Assembly: GCA_965221905.1 (NCBI GenBank)
Contig: OZ244922.1
Span: forward strand, 224,001 to 288,000
Direction of reading: 5' to 3'
Origin: Chloroflexota bacterium
GTDB taxonomy: Bacteria; Chloroflexota; UBA11872; VXOZ01
DNA: 64,000 nucleotides
The translations under genes and the position numbers were made by a program. Numbering within the stretch: the stretch's first letter is position 1; every line of letters begins with the position of its first letter. This document shows positions 18,559 to 29,544 of this stretch, one piece after another. The notes below the pieces were generated by a model that was not told the origin of the DNA, made no database searches, and worked only from the letters and a program-made list of their open reading frames with translations.

Positions 18559-20469
18559 TTACAGCTTCTGTGCCTGGTAGAGGTCTTGAAAGAGGCCCGG
18601 CTGTGCGAGCAGCTCCTGAGGCGAACCTTCTTGGACCAATCTCCCTTCATCGAGCACGAGAATCCTGTCCGCGTGCATCACGGTGACCAGCCGATGCGCC
18701 ACCACCATAGTAGTCCGCCCCTGCCGTGCCGTCTCGAGGGCGTCTCTTACTTTCCGGTCGGTGAGCGCATCCAGGGCGGACGTCGCTTCGTCCAGCAAGA
18801 GAATGCGCGGCTGTTCGAGAATAGCCCGGCAGAGCGCTAGGCGCTGGCGTTCGCCACCCGAAAGCGCCAGGCCGCGCTCGCCGACTTGCGTATCATAGCC
18901 TTCCGGCAGCGTCTCAACGAAATCATGGAGTTGTGCCGCTTTGGCGGCTGCGATGACGCGCTCCCGCGACACCTCACGGGCAGGATACACGAGATTCGCG
19001 TAGATGCTGTCGTTCCAGAGGAAGACGTCCTGCGGCACGAGCCCGATCATCCCGCGCAGGTCTGTAAGCGGTAACGTGTCGATGGCCGTGCCGTCTACGC
19101 GAATTGCGCCCGAGCGAGGTTCGTAGAAGCGCAACAGGAGATCGATAATGGTGCTCTTGCCGCCGCCGCTCGGCCCAACGACACCGACAAAGCTACCGGG
19201 TTCGATCCGAAAAGACACGTCTTCCAGACCGAATCCGTCGCGTCCGTAATCGAAAGAGACATCGGCGAATTCTATGGCAACGCCGCTCGGATTGGCTGGG
19301 ATCTTAGCTGTTGCCGCTGGCCTAGTATCCGTTCGTGCTGAGCCTGTCGAAGTATGAACGGATGCTCCTGCGTCTCTCTCCAAGTGATGCTCCGTTTGGC
19401 CAATGGCTCTGGGGCTTTCTGGCGTTGCTTGCCCGGCCATTTCCTTGGCGAGAGGCAAACCGCGAACGGCGTCTTGCAAAATGGGTGGAGAAGTTTCAAA
19501 TGGCAGAGCGAGAAGAGAGTCAATGCGCCCTGCGGCGGCTTTGGCCTGGCCGGTGCTGATGTGGCCGTCCAAAATTCCTTCCAAAGCGAAATAGGCGCGC
19601 GGTACGTAGATGATGAAGGCCACCAGGCCGCCGATGCTCAGACGACCGTTAATTACCTCGTACGCGCCGTAGCCGTACACCAGTCCAACCGCGACGCTCT
19701 GGATTAGGTCCAGCGGGAGCGTCCGCGCTAGATTATGGAAGGTAATGCTCTTTGCCTTGATGCGCGAGTCTGCCTTGACCCAGTCCAGCCACCGCGCTTT
19801 TTCATACGGTTCCGCAGTGTAGGCGCGGATTGTACGTATCCCGGGAATCACGTCTTGTAGATAGCTCATGGCATATTCTCTGCTCTGGTGAAGTTCCCCA
19901 TCCAGAGTTTCCGCATGGCGCTGCATCCTTCGCGCAAAAAGGTAAGAGAGTGGAAAGGCTACCAGACTCACCAGCAGCAGGCGACCGTTGAGAAAGGACA
20001 TTACGCCCAACGTGCCGAGCAAGAGCACGGCGTTCGTGAACATGGGCAACAATTCATTGCTCACGTATACCTCGCCAATCTCGCCGCAGACTTTCGTAAT
20101 CGTCCGAATGATGCGTCCGCTTGCAACGCGCTCCAGGTCTTGCATGCGCACGTACATGATGTGATTGAAGAGCGCCTGCCGGAGCGATTGGGAGACCGCT
20201 TCGCCAATGCTGGCGCGCAGATAGTTCTGCACTGCCCCCAGCGCCATGGCGATCAGCGGAAAGGCAATGATGCCGACAAGCAGCAGCACGATCAGCGCGA
20301 CATCCTGTGCCGAAATCGCGTCGTCGATCAGACGCTTGACGAGCAGCGGCGAGACCAGGCTCACGCCGGTGCTCACGATGACGAGCGCAATGATGCCCGC
20401 GATGAGGTGCATGTGCGCGCGCAGTTGCCGCGTAACAACGTGGTAGGTCGTGCGGTTTGGTCCGGTCAT
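18559..20469 (-). CDS. ABC exporter, fused permease/ATPase (MsbA-like), with REP-containing linker
   Basis: N-terminal TMD; GPSGGGKST, LSGGERQR, LDEATSALD, AHRL; GGAGG RBS. Confidence 0.92.
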   Translation of the reverse strand: MTGPNRTTYHVVTRQLRAHMHLIAGIIALVIVSTGVSLVSPLLVKRLIDDAISAQDVALIVLLLVGIIAFPLIAMALGAVQNYLRASIGEAVSQSLRQALFNHIMYVRMQDLERVASGRIIRTITKVCGEIGEVYVSNELLPMFTNAVLLLGTLGVMSFLNGRLLLVSLVAFPLSYLFARRMQRHAETLDGELHQSREYAMSYLQDVIPGIRTIRAYTAEPYEKARWLDWVKADSRIKAKSITFHNLARTLPLDLIQSVAVGLVYGYGAYEVINGRLSIGGLVAFIIYVPRAYFALEGILDGHISTGQAKAAAGRIDSLLALPFETSPPILQDAVRGLPLAKEMAGQATPESPRAIGQTEHHLERDAGASVHTSTGSARTDTRPAATAKIPANPSGVAIEFADVSFDYGRDGFGLEDVSFRIEPGSFVGVVGPSGGGKSTIIDLLLRFYEPRSGAIRVDGTAIDTLPLTDLRGMIGLVPQDVFLWNDSIYANLVYPAREVSRERVIAAAKAAQLHDFVETLPEGYDTQVGERGLALSGGERQRLALCRAILEQPRILLLDEATSALDALTDRKVRDALETARQGRTTMVVAHRLVTVMHADRILVLDEGRLVQEGSPQELLAQPGLFQDLYQAQKL

Positions 20470-20837
20470 TCTACCTCCAGCTTATGGATGCAAAGCCCCA
20501 CCTGGATCCGACTTCCCCGGCAGCAAAGCAGCGCTCGCATTGGTAGCAAGAGCGAAGCACTGGGCAGCTGGGTGCGGCAGGCGGGTGCGTAGTTTACCAA
20601 ACCGCAAGTATACCTTCTTGGCAAATTCAGTAAAGAAGCCCACCCAAATACACCGTTCTTGCGGCAAATGTGTACGCTAACCGTCAAGATGGTATACTGT
20701 TAACACGAATGAGATAGGCTGTAGTGCAGCACGAATCCGAGTCTGATAAATGCCGAGACACCCAGGTTACAGACCTGGGTGTCTCTTTGTTTGTGCAAAG
20801 AGGCATGCTCTCAAGATTCACTTCAAAAACTAGAACC

Positions 20838-21206
20838 GTAGCGCGGGGGCTTGTCCCCCGCCTCTTAACAATAGGAGAAAGATGCCGGCACAGGGGGATG
20901 CCCTTGAAGCGAGCGTCTATTCAGTCTACTTGCGTCGTGCGGTTGCCCTAGCCCTGCGCTCTATTCAGGCGTTCATTCATTGCGTGGGCACGCAAGATGG
21001 GGCGGTCATTGCGGTGGCACACTGTTCGCTTAGGGGGGAGTGAGTGAATAGAGTTTCCGTTCGTCCTGAGCTTGTCGAAGGGTCAAAGGATGAACGGAAA
21101 CTGGGCTTTGAGGTGATTAATTGCAGACTGGTTCTTTGGGTGTGTTCGCTTCCGCCATTTGTGTGAGCTTTGCCTGTGCTAGGATTGTCGAATGGCCGAA
21201 CCACGA
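20838..21206. repeat. Family B and C palindromic repeats
   Basis: gtagcgcgggggcttgtcccccgc 20838; ttccgttcgtcctgagcttgtcgaaggg...gaacggaa 21052-21102; degenerate C with nested insert ~21155-21206. Confidence 0.75.
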
Positions 21207-21240
21207 AAGCAGATTGGCCATAAGCTCTTCACACACGCTC

Positions 21241-21591
21241 TTAAGTATCGGAAGCTGATGCTGCTGATACTTCGTTCGGCGTTTCAGGATACACCGCATC
21301 GGCCAGCACATAGTCTCTCCAGTGCGGCTTGAGGCTGCGGAACGTTGTGACGTCCACGCGCCTCCCAAAGAGCTCCTCTAAGAAGAAGCACAGGTCCATG
21401 TATCCCTCTAGCGTCAGCTTCTCGTCGGCCAGTTCGACCAGCACGTCCACGTCGCTCTCTGCAGTCGCCTCGTTGCGAGCGACCGACCCATAGAGCGCTA
21501 TCTTCTGTACGCCAAGACGCTTAAGCTGCTCGTGATTTGCTTCGAGCATGCGCAGAGCTTGTGATCTTGTTAGTGGAATTGGCGGCGGCAT
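21241..21591 (-). CDS. Minimal nucleotidyltransferase (MNT/MntA-type antitoxin), no adjacent HEPN toxin
   Basis: LYGSVARNEA...SDVDVLVE, LEELFGRRVDV. Confidence 0.85.
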   Translation of the reverse strand: MPPPIPLTRSQALRMLEANHEQLKRLGVQKIALYGSVARNEATAESDVDVLVELADEKLTLEGYMDLCFFLEELFGRRVDVTTFRSLKPHWRDYVLADAVYPETPNEVSAASASDT

Positions 21592-21820
21592 CGCCGTGAC
21601 CGATCCTCACTTGGTTTGATGTAGGTTGCCAAATTGCCCTTCAAAAGGGCGCCAAACAGTCGGTCATTCCTGTAAGTGTCAGGTAATTCGTTGACAGAAT
21701 GGGAACATGAAACAACAAGAGATGATGCCCTCGAATCGGCTGCCATACACATTAGGTTGTACTGTCACGAGAAGTGATAGCTCATGCATCAAAGACCAAC
21801 ATGGTAGGCGGCACGAGAAT

Positions 21821-22055
21821 CGTCACTCCGGCGAAAAGCCTGCCCCGTACTTGATACGGGGCCGGAGTCCAGGGGGTGCGGTGAAGATGGATTCCGGCTT
21901 GCGCCGGAATGACGGAGTTGAACGCCATCTACCTGCCATGGTTTCAATTGGACTTATGAAACTGTCAACGAATTAGTCAACACACTTACAATTCCCGCGC
22001 AAGCGGGATTCCATCTTCACCGCATAAGATAGACTCCCGCTTTCGCGGGCGTGAC
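21821..22055. repeat. Two family-D REP doublets, one with a nested insert
   Basis: cgtcactccggcgaaa[..]gccggagtcca ... tggattccggcttgcgccggaatgacg; attcccgcgcaagcggga ... tcccgctttcgcgggcgtgacg. Confidence 0.8.
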
Positions 22056-22127
22056 GGATTGACAAGCTTCTGTGATTTCCCTGTGGATATCTGTAAGAGT
22101 GGCAGCAGGCTCCGTAGACATTACCCA

Positions 22128-25100
22128 TTACCTCTGCGATCCCACGAGCACCTTGGATTCCAGCAGCACTTCTAAGAGCGTTTCCAATCCGTCGCGCCAT
22201 TTCTCTTCCTGGCGGCCCACGTGCCAGCGCACCACGTTGCGGGTCAGGCGCACGTCGGAGCCGAACTCCTTGAATATGCGCATGCGGTCGAAGACGCGTT
22301 CATCCCGGAAGCGGATGACGAGCACATCATCTTCGAAGGCCAGCGAGAGAATGCCGTTCTCCGCCGCCCGCGCGCGCAGCCGCAGCAGCGCCAAAAGATT
22401 CTTTACCGCCGGTGGCGGCGGGCCAAACCGGTCGCGGAGCTCTTCGGCGAAAGACTCGGTCTCTTCACGTCCCTTCAGCGCTGCCGCCCGTTGGTAGAGC
22501 TTCATCTTGGCGCCGACACCGCCCACGTATTCGTCGGGTATGTAAGCGGCAAGCGGAAGGTCCACCACGGTCTCCAACGCCTGCTCCGGCGGTAGATCCA
22601 CCTCGGGTTGCCGGCCGAGCATGGACTGCACCGTTTGCTGGAGCATTTTGGTGTAGAGGTTGAGGCCCACGGCGTTTACGAAGCCATGCTGTTCGGAACC
22701 CAGCAAGTTACCCGCGCCGCGAATCTCCAGGTCACGCAGCGCAATCTTGAAGCCCGCACCCAACTCCGTAGCTTCCATGATGGCATCCAGGCGTTTCTCA
22801 GCCTCTTCCGTGAGCTGCTTCAACGGGTTATAGAGAAAATAGGAATAGGCTTGCACGTCGGCGCGGCCAACTCGCCCACGCAATTGGTAGAGTTGCGCCA
22901 GCCCAAAGCGCCAGGCGTCGTTCACGATGAGCGTATTCACACGGGGAATGTCCAGACCGTTTTCGATAATGGTCGTGCTGACCAGGATGTCGAACTCGCC
23001 CTGCACGAAGGCGTGCATCACCTTCTCCAGGCGGTCCGATTCCATCTGGCCGTGGCCGACGGTAACACGCGCCGTCGGCACCAGTTCGCGCACGTGGTAC
23101 GCCAGCGAATAAATCGTCTCGATGTCGTTGTGCACCATGAAGACCTGTCCGCCGCGATTGAGTTCACGTTGGATGGCGTCTTTGACCAGATCGTCGTTGA
23201 ACGTGGTGACGTAGGTCTTGACTGCTAGGCGGTTGGGTGGCGGCGTCTCGATGACGCTGAGGTCGCGAATGCCTGCCAGCGCCATGTGCAGGGTGCGCGG
23301 AATGGGCGTGGCGGAGAGCGCAATCACGTCCACCTGCTTGCGCAGTTGCTTGAAGTGCTCTTTCTGAGCCACGCCGAACCGTTGCTCCTCGTCGACGATG
23401 ACGAGCCCGAGGTCTTTGAATTGTACGTCCTTGGAGAGCAAGCGGTGGGTGCCGACGGCAATATCAAGCGTGCCTGCGCTGAGGTCCGCCAGATGTTTCT
23501 GGATCTCTTTCGGCGTGCGAAAGCGACTCACCAGACCAACGCGCACCGGAAACGGCCGCAGGCGGCTGCTCAACGTCTCGTAGTGCTGGAGTGCGAGCAC
23601 GGTGGTGGGCACTAGCACGGCGACTTGCTTGCCGTCCGCGACCGCTTTGAAAGCGGCCCGAATTGCCACCTCGGTCTTGCCGAAGCCCACGTCGCCGCAG
23701 ATGAGCCGGTCCGTGGGACGCGGCTGCTCCATGTCGTCCTTCACGTCGGCAATTGCTTTCTCCTGGTCCGGTGTCTCGGCGTAGGGGAAGGCCTGTTCGA
23801 GCTGTCTCTGCCAGTCGGTGTCGGCGGCAAAGGCATGCCCCGGTTCGGACTCGCGGGCGACGGCGATGTCAACGAGGTCTTGCGCCATGTCCACGACCGA
23901 TTGCTGCGCGCGTTGCTTGGCGCGTTGCCACTCCTGGGTGCCCAAGCGTGAGAGTGTCGGCACGCGTTCGCCCATGCCGACATACTTTTCCACCCGGTCC
24001 ATGTGGTCGGTGGGAACGTAGATGCGGTCGTCGCGGGCGAATTCCAGCACCAGGTACTCGCGCTCGCCGGAGGGGCCGGGCATGCGACTTATGCCTGAGA
24101 AACGTCCAATGCCGTGGTCGACGTGGACAACGTGATCGCCAACCTGGAGTTCATCCAAGAGCCGCTGGCCGCGCACGGAGGGCCGCAGGCGTGCGGCAGT
24201 TGGCGGCCGCTTCCAACCGAAGATTTCAGCATCCGAGAGCACGAGCAGTCCCGCTTGCTCGCAGTGCAGACCTTCCGCCAAGGCGAGCGGCAGGACGCTA
24301 GTACTGCCCGCGGGCGGTGGCGCTGGAAGCGCGGAGTGCACGGTGGGTCTGAGATCGTATTCCAGGAGAATCTCTGTCACGCGCTCCACCTGGGTCGTTG
24401 CCAAGACGACGCGCATCCCCTGCTCGCTGAAGCGCTCAATGCCTTTGGCAAGCCGCCCCGGACGGCCGGCATATGTGGGCAGCAAGTCAAGTCCGTCACT
24501 TTCGCCGTCAGCCTGGTTGCGCATATCCAGCACGGCGTACGCGCTCGTCTGCTCCTGAACTGTAGCGGCGGCATGGTAGGACTCCGGCCAGTCGGCGGAG
24601 AGTTCGCCGCCCGCAACCAGTCGACTCTTTCGTTCAGCGGTCTGCGTTTCCAGGGCGTGGGCAACGTCCTGCAAGTGCTCTGTGTCTTCCGCGAGCACCA
24701 GGCCGTGCGGCAGGAAGTGGAGCAGGTTGTGATTGAGAAAGGGCATGGCGTAGAACGAGGCGTGCTCGAAGTATACGCCCTCTTCCAGGAGGCGAAGATG
24801 GCGCTGCCACTGTTCGCGCACTTCCCGCCGCAGGCCGCTGTGGTCGAGCCCGCGGACTGCGGCAGCGAATTCGGTGCTGCGCCAAGTGGGTACTTCATTG
24901 GCGGGGAGGATAGCGAGCGAAGTATGTTGGGCCGTGCTGCGCTGGGTAGACACGTTGAAGGGGCGTACCGAATCGATCTCGTCGCCAAAGAATTCGATGC
25001 GAATGGGCTGGTCTTCCGAGGGTGGGAAAATGTCCACGATGCCACCGCGGCCGGTGAAAGTACCGGGCTCTTCTACTTGCGGCATGGGTTCATAGCCGAA

Positions 25101-25622
25101 TCGGAGAAGACGGTTCTTGAGCGCCGCCGGATCGGTGCGCTGGCCCGGCGCGAGCACGAGCACGTGTTCACTTAACTCCGCTGGGGACGGCAGCCGCTCG
25201 AACAACGCCCGCACAGAGGTAACGACTACCGGGTAGTCTCCAGACGGCAACGTTGCGTTCTGCCCCGCCAGCAAAGCGCCGAGCACCGCAATGCGCGCGC
25301 TGAGCGTAGTGGAAAAGTGAGGCAGGTTTTCGTACGGCAGGTAGTCAAGCTCCGGGTAGAAGAGCACATTTGCCGCTTGCGGCGACCACGAGCAGAGCTC
25401 CTGGTGGAAGCGGTACGCGCGGTCGCGGTCGGCACAGAGAATGAGCAGCGGCTGCGTCGCCTGTTGCTGGGCCACGGCAGCCAGCACGGGACGCGCCCCC
25501 GCGCGTGCGGCTACCTGCTGCGATTGTTGCGCACTCGTCCAGCGCTGTGCCGCCTCCGCCCATGGCAGAGGGGCGAGGAGCGCCCGAATGCCGTCAAGAT
25601 TCATTTGCAATGTTTCCTGCAT
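22128..25622 (-). CDS. mfd: Transcription-repair coupling factor
   Basis: [70 protein letters not shown]. Confidence 0.97.
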   Translation of the reverse strand: MQETLQMNLDGIRALLAPLPWAEAAQRWTSAQQSQQVAARAGARPVLAAVAQQQATQPLLILCADRDRAYRFHQELCSWSPQAANVLFYPELDYLPYENLPHFSTTLSARIAVLGALLAGQNATLPSGDYPVVVTSVRALFERLPSPAELSEHVLVLAPGQRTDPAALKNRLLRFGYEPMPQVEEPGTFTGRGGIVDIFPPSEDQPIRIEFFGDEIDSVRPFNVSTQRSTAQHTSLAILPANEVPTWRSTEFAAAVRGLDHSGLRREVREQWQRHLRLLEEGVYFEHASFYAMPFLNHNLLHFLPHGLVLAEDTEHLQDVAHALETQTAERKSRLVAGGELSADWPESYHAAATVQEQTSAYAVLDMRNQADGESDGLDLLPTYAGRPGRLAKGIERFSEQGMRVVLATTQVERVTEILLEYDLRPTVHSALPAPPPAGSTSVLPLALAEGLHCEQAGLLVLSDAEIFGWKRPPTAARLRPSVRGQRLLDELQVGDHVVHVDHGIGRFSGISRMPGPSGEREYLVLEFARDDRIYVPTDHMDRVEKYVGMGERVPTLSRLGTQEWQRAKQRAQQSVVDMAQDLVDIAVARESEPGHAFAADTDWQRQLEQAFPYAETPDQEKAIADVKDDMEQPRPTDRLICGDVGFGKTEVAIRAAFKAVADGKQVAVLVPTTVLALQHYETLSSRLRPFPVRVGLVSRFRTPKEIQKHLADLSAGTLDIAVGTHRLLSKDVQFKDLGLVIVDEEQRFGVAQKEHFKQLRKQVDVIALSATPIPRTLHMALAGIRDLSVIETPPPNRLAVKTYVTTFNDDLVKDAIQRELNRGGQVFMVHNDIETIYSLAYHVRELVPTARVTVGHGQMESDRLEKVMHAFVQGEFDILVSTTIIENGLDIPRVNTLIVNDAWRFGLAQLYQLRGRVGRADVQAYSYFLYNPLKQLTEEAEKRLDAIMEATELGAGFKIALRDLEIRGAGNLLGSEQHGFVNAVGLNLYTKMLQQTVQSMLGRQPEVDLPPEQALETVVDLPLAAYIPDEYVGGVGAKMKLYQRAAALKGREETESFAEELRDRFGPPPPAVKNLLALLRLRARAAENGILSLAFEDDVLVIRFRDERVFDRMRIFKEFGSDVRLTRNVVRWHVGRQEEKWRDGLETLLEVLLESKVLVGSQR

Positions 25623-25842
25623 TCATGCGTTGTTCCTATGCAAGCCTCGAAAGCCTGTCGGAATTGAAGAGGATTCGTAGAGGCACTTAAATGTCATTTC
25701 GAGTGCAGCGAGAAATCTAGGAATGTTCGATCTCAACTCAATGTTCTTGCGTTCCATAGGGTGGAGGGGCAAAGGGACATTCGATTATAGGTGATTTACC
25801 GCTTAAGTGCCACTGCCATCTCGTCGTTACCGGGGCGGCAGA

Positions 25843-26496
25843 CTACGCCTCCGGCGGCGCTACTGGCTGCGGCTCATTACTAATGCATGGCTCAGCGGCT
25901 GCCTTCGCGCGGCTGTTGAAGCGCGTCATGGTCCTTTCTAACCCCTCGGAAACAAGGCTCAACGCAGCATCAACGCCCTGTTCAATCGTCTTTTCTATCG
26001 CAGGCTGCTCATCCGGCAAGAAGTCGCTGAGCACGTAGTCAATTGGGTCCATGCCGCCCGGCGGACGACCCACGCCGATGCGCAGGCGCGGAAATGTGCG
26101 GGTACCGAGCGCTTCTATCACCGATTCCACTCCGCGATGTCCGCCGTGGCTGCCGCCGGCGCGGATGCGCAGCCGGGCGAATTCCAGGTCTATGTCGTCG
26201 TAGACCACTGCAACGTTTTCAGAAGGAATCTTGTAGTAGTTTGCGGCCTTGGCTACGGCCGCGCCGCTGGCATTCATGAACGTGGTCGGTTTCAGCAGGA
26301 GCATTGCTCGCTGCCCGACGACTGCCCGCCCAAACCGCCCATTAAAACGCTGGTCCGTGATGGACACGCCGGTTTTCGCCGCGAGCCGGTCGAGCACGTG
26401 AAAGCCGACATTGTGGCGGTTTGCGGTGTATTTCTTCTCTGGATTGCCCAGCCCGACGATGAGCCAGCGGGTGGGATCTTCCGGTGTACGATTCAT
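25843..26496 (-). CDS. pth: Peptidyl-tRNA hydrolase
   Basis: IVGLGNP, RHNVGF, KPTTFMNASG, GGHRG, RLRIGVGRP. Confidence 0.96.
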   Translation of the reverse strand: MNRTPEDPTRWLIVGLGNPEKKYTANRHNVGFHVLDRLAAKTGVSITDQRFNGRFGRAVVGQRAMLLLKPTTFMNASGAAVAKAANYYKIPSENVAVVYDDIDLEFARLRIRAGGSHGGHRGVESVIEALGTRTFPRLRIGVGRPPGGMDPIDYVLSDFLPDEQPAIEKTIEQGVDAALSLVSEGLERTMTRFNSRAKAAAEPCISNEPQPVAPPEA

Positions 26497-26540
26497 TTGA
26501 GTACCTGGATCAATGGTTCATCATCCTTGTTTTGACGAGT

Positions 26541-26631
26541 CCCTCACCCCCGTATCGAGTACGGGGCAGGCTCTAATCCTCTCCCTTGGGAGAGGGAACC
26601 GGAAGCCGTAGCGCGGGGGCTTGTCCACCGC
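26541..26631. repeat. Family-F element with nested insert plus family-B REP
   Basis: ccctcacc[cccgtatcgagtacggggcaggc]tctaatcctctcccttgggagaggg; gtagcgcgggggcttgtccaccgc. Confidence 0.75.
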
Positions 26632-26671
26632 TGTTTTGCCCCACCAATACACACCATCTCGAGCACGAAAT

Positions 26672-27565
26672 TCAGCTTCCAATGAGCAGGCCGTCGGCGC
26701 GCACGGCCTGATAGAGAGCAAACCATTCGTCGAGCGAAAGTTCCTGCGGTCGGCACTGCGGGGCAATGTCGGCTTCTGTGAGAAGCTCGCGCATGTGGTC
26801 GTCCTCGATGCGCAGAATTGACCGCACGGAATTGTGCACCTGCTTGCGTCGCTGGGAGAAGCCTGCGCGCGCCAGCCGCAATACGCCCTCTATCGCCTCT
26901 GCCGGGAAGTACGGCTGCTGGCGTTTGACCAATTCCACCACGGTGGAGTCCACCTTCGGCGGCGGAAAGAACGCTTGCGCAGGAACGGCGAGCAAGTGCC
27001 TAGCCTCCGCATAGGTCTGCATGAGCAGGGAGAGGTAGCTCATCTCGCCCGGCGCCGCGCAGACCCGCGCCGCGACTTCGCGTTGCAGCATCACGACCAT
27101 GCGCTGCGGGCCGAACGGATGCGCCGCCAGACGCCGCATCACGGGGGTTGCAACGCTGTACGGCAAGTTCGCCGCCAGCATGTACGGCGTCTCTCCAAAG
27201 TATGGATACGGATCGAACGCGACGGCATCCTGGTGCACCGTTTCGACATTCGTATGAAACGCGAGGGTGGAATCCAGGACCTCCAGCATGCGCGCGTCGA
27301 TCTCCACGGTCACCACACGTTGCGCCACCGCCGCCAGGCAGACGGTCAGGCTGCCGAGACCGGGCCCAATCTCCAAGATCCGGTCGTGGTCCGTACACTG
27401 CACGTGGTGCATGATACTGCGCAGCACTGCGGGGTCGGCCAGCATATGTTGGCCCAGTTTGCGGCTTAGGCGCAAGTCCACGCGCCGCAGCAACGCCCGC
27501 ATCGTGCTCGGTTTGCACAAGTCACGCGCCTGTGCAGGGAAGGATTCAACTTTGGAGTCAAGCAT
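26672..27565 (-). CDS. rsmA: 16S rRNA m6,2A dimethyltransferase
   Basis: LGQHML, LEIGPGLGSLT, NLPY, MLQREVA.R, F.PPPKVDS. Confidence 0.95.
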   Translation of the reverse strand: MLDSKVESFPAQARDLCKPSTMRALLRRVDLRLSRKLGQHMLADPAVLRSIMHHVQCTDHDRILEIGPGLGSLTVCLAAVAQRVVTVEIDARMLEVLDSTLAFHTNVETVHQDAVAFDPYPYFGETPYMLAANLPYSVATPVMRRLAAHPFGPQRMVVMLQREVAARVCAAPGEMSYLSLLMQTYAEARHLLAVPAQAFFPPPKVDSTVVELVKRQQPYFPAEAIEGVLRLARAGFSQRRKQVHNSVRSILRIEDDHMRELLTEADIAPQCRPQELSLDEWFALYQAVRADGLLIGS

Positions 27566-27592
27566 CTCTCGGCCCTAAGTGGTAAGTAGCAC

Positions 27593-27618
27593 CCGGTAGC
27601 GCAGGTTTGTAACCTGCG
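27593..27618. repeat. Family-A REP (other copies 29408, 35171, 36720, 46455, 46779, 59079)
   Basis: ccggtagcgcaggtttgtaacctgcg. Confidence 0.85.
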
Positions 27619-27726
27619 TCGTGCTGGTTATGATGTGGTGCATGGTGCCTATAGTGCAGAACGCCCCTAGTTCTTATAATACCGTAGAGAGCTTAAGGGC
27701 ATGACTAACGACTAAGGAGTGAAACC

Positions 27727-28449
27727 ATGCGGGTGATGGCAATTGGCGCACATCCTGACGACATCGAGCTGCTCTGCGCGGGTACGCTGGCCAAATACGC
27801 GCAGCAGGGACATCAGGTGACAATGTGCTACGTGTGCAACGGCGGTTTGGGTCACGTGGAGATCATGCCGCCCGAACTGAAAGAGGTGCGCAAGCAAGAG
27901 TCGATAGACAGCGCCAACGTGATCGGCGCAGACTTTCAATGGCTCGACATCGATGACGCCGACGTGCGCCAGAGCACGAACGAGGCGATTGCGCGCTTGA
28001 TCGATGCGGTGCGCGAGGCCCAGCCGGACGTAATCATCACTCACTCGCCTAACGACTATATGGACGATCATCGTCTGGTGGGCGAGTTGGTGCTGAAAGC
28101 GAGCTTCGACGCCACGATTCCCCATCTGGTCTCGAATCAGGACAAACCGGCGCAGCTCGTGCCCATGTTCTACATGGATACCCTGATGGGCGTCGACTTT
28201 CTGCCGGAAATGTGGGTGGATATCAGCGATACCATCGAAACCAAGCGACAGATGCTGGCTTGCCACGAGAGCCAGTACGCGTGGCTGAAGGAGCACGACA
28301 ACATCGACTACATCGATTCTATGGTCACGGTGGCAAAGTATCGCGGCCTGCAGGTCGGCACGCCCTACGCCGAAGGGTTCCGCCAAGTGCGCGTCTGGGG
28401 CCGCACAACCACCGTGCCCCTACTGCCGACAGACATCGCCCGGGGGTAG
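27727..28449 (+). CDS. PIG-L/LmbE family deacetylase
   Basis: AHPDDIE, THSPND..DDH, HESQ, YAEGF; AAGGAG RBS. Confidence 0.92.
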   Translation: MRVMAIGAHPDDIELLCAGTLAKYAQQGHQVTMCYVCNGGLGHVEIMPPELKEVRKQESIDSANVIGADFQWLDIDDADVRQSTNEAIARLIDAVREAQPDVIITHSPNDYMDDHRLVGELVLKASFDATIPHLVSNQDKPAQLVPMFYMDTLMGVDFLPEMWVDISDTIETKRQMLACHESQYAWLKEHDNIDYIDSMVTVAKYRGLQVGTPYAEGFRQVRVWGRTTTVPLLPTDIARG

Positions 28450-28637
28450 TGATGTGTTAGGTCTTGAGCCATCAATGAGGTAGCTGAGGGTATTTGAGAA
28501 CTTGATTCGCAGTTCCCAACACAATCGAAACTGAAGTGTCGAGTGCTACTGGTGATTGGTAGTCAGGGCGAGATGTCGCGTATGGTGTCCGGATTATTGC
28601 GCTGACAGCACTGCTGCAGTTGTAGCCGGGGCAAACA

Positions 28638-28892
28638 TCACGGTTTGACAGAACTAGCCAAGGCTTCCACCCTGTTTGCAATGTCGCAACCGGAGGTGGG
28701 TGGTGGGAGCGGCTTGCCGTCGATCCGATAGAGATGAATTACCTCGTCTACGATCTGGCAAAGCTCTGCGAACACTTGCCGCTCGTCCCCTCCATGACAC
28801 CCACCGTATAGCAGGCCCGGAGCGCTGCCCACGTAACACTGATCGTCCTCGGACCATTCGACGACTTTGGCGTACCGAGCACTATCTTTCAC
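28638..28892 (-). CDS. hicB: HicB-family antitoxin (short, no obvious DNA-binding domain)
   Basis: Y.K.VEWSEDDQCYVG..PGL...GCHG, GKPLP; overlaps end of hicA. Confidence 0.75.
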   Translation of the reverse strand: MKDSARYAKVVEWSEDDQCYVGSAPGLLYGGCHGGDERQVFAELCQIVDEVIHLYRIDGKPLPPPTSGCDIANRVEALASSVKP

Positions 28893-29085
28893 TCCCGGCC
28901 TCCTTGAGCGCGGCCCTTACAGCGCGAACCTGGTAGCTCTTGGCATCGCTACCCGGATTGCCCGATAATGTAACGGGTCTTACCACCCTTCGATGCACAA
29001 AGTTTCGATGGCTCCCACGTCCACCTCGATTTACAAACCCTGCTCGTTCCAAGTCAGCGATCAACTCGCGAACTTTGGGCGGCAA
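28882..29085 (-). CDS. hicA: HicA-family toxin
   Basis: L..AGF..RGGRGSHRNFVH; 67 aa. Confidence 0.85.
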   Translation of the reverse strand: MPPKVRELIADLERAGFVNRGGRGSHRNFVHRRVVRPVTLSGNPGSDAKSYQVRAVRAALKEAGSER

Positions 29086-29127
29086 AGCTAATCCTCTTTT
29101 GCAGAAGTCACGAGGCGATCAGGGAAA

Positions 29128-29201
29128 TGGCTGGGGAACCAGGATTCGAACCTGGACTTATGGATCCAGAATCCACTGTCCTACCATTAGACGATTCCCC
29201 A
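29128..29201 (-). tRNA. tRNA-Gln(CTG)
   Basis: TGGGGAATCGTCTAATGGTAGGACAGTGGATT-CTG-GATCCATAAGTCCAGGTTCGAATCCTGGTTCCCCAGCCA; cloverleaf, encoded CCA. Confidence 0.96.
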
Positions 29202-29230
29202 AGGCGGTCGCCGCATGCGCGACCAATTTC

Positions 29231-29260
29231 ATGGTACTAAGCGGCTCTGACTCGCGTCAA
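29231..29260 (-). promoter_or_regulatory. Putative promoter of tRNA-Gln
   Basis: TTGACG-18 nt-TACCAT on minus strand. Confidence 0.5.
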
Positions 29261-29544
29261 CCGTTGGCGGGGCGCCGTGCTCTGCAGTTGTCCGTCCCAC
29301 GAGAGCCCTCAGTACCTTGCCATCAAGAGCGACAGGCAGAGCGGCATGCTAGTTCCCTCACATTGTCCGCGGCGACAAGGAACCGAACACTGCGATGCCC
29401 GCTCTTTCCGGTAGCGCAGGTTTGAAACCTGCGGCCATGACATGCAGTCACGTACGACGGCTCGTACGTCGGCCATGCGGTGTACGCTGGTTGCAAGTTT
29501 GGTGCCGCGTTATACGTTACTCGAATGCGACGAGTGGACAAGCC

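Noticed and set aside
28450-28640. att duplication of the tRNA-Gln 3' end bounding the hicAB islet
   Set aside because: No convincing direct repeat in the correct orientation.
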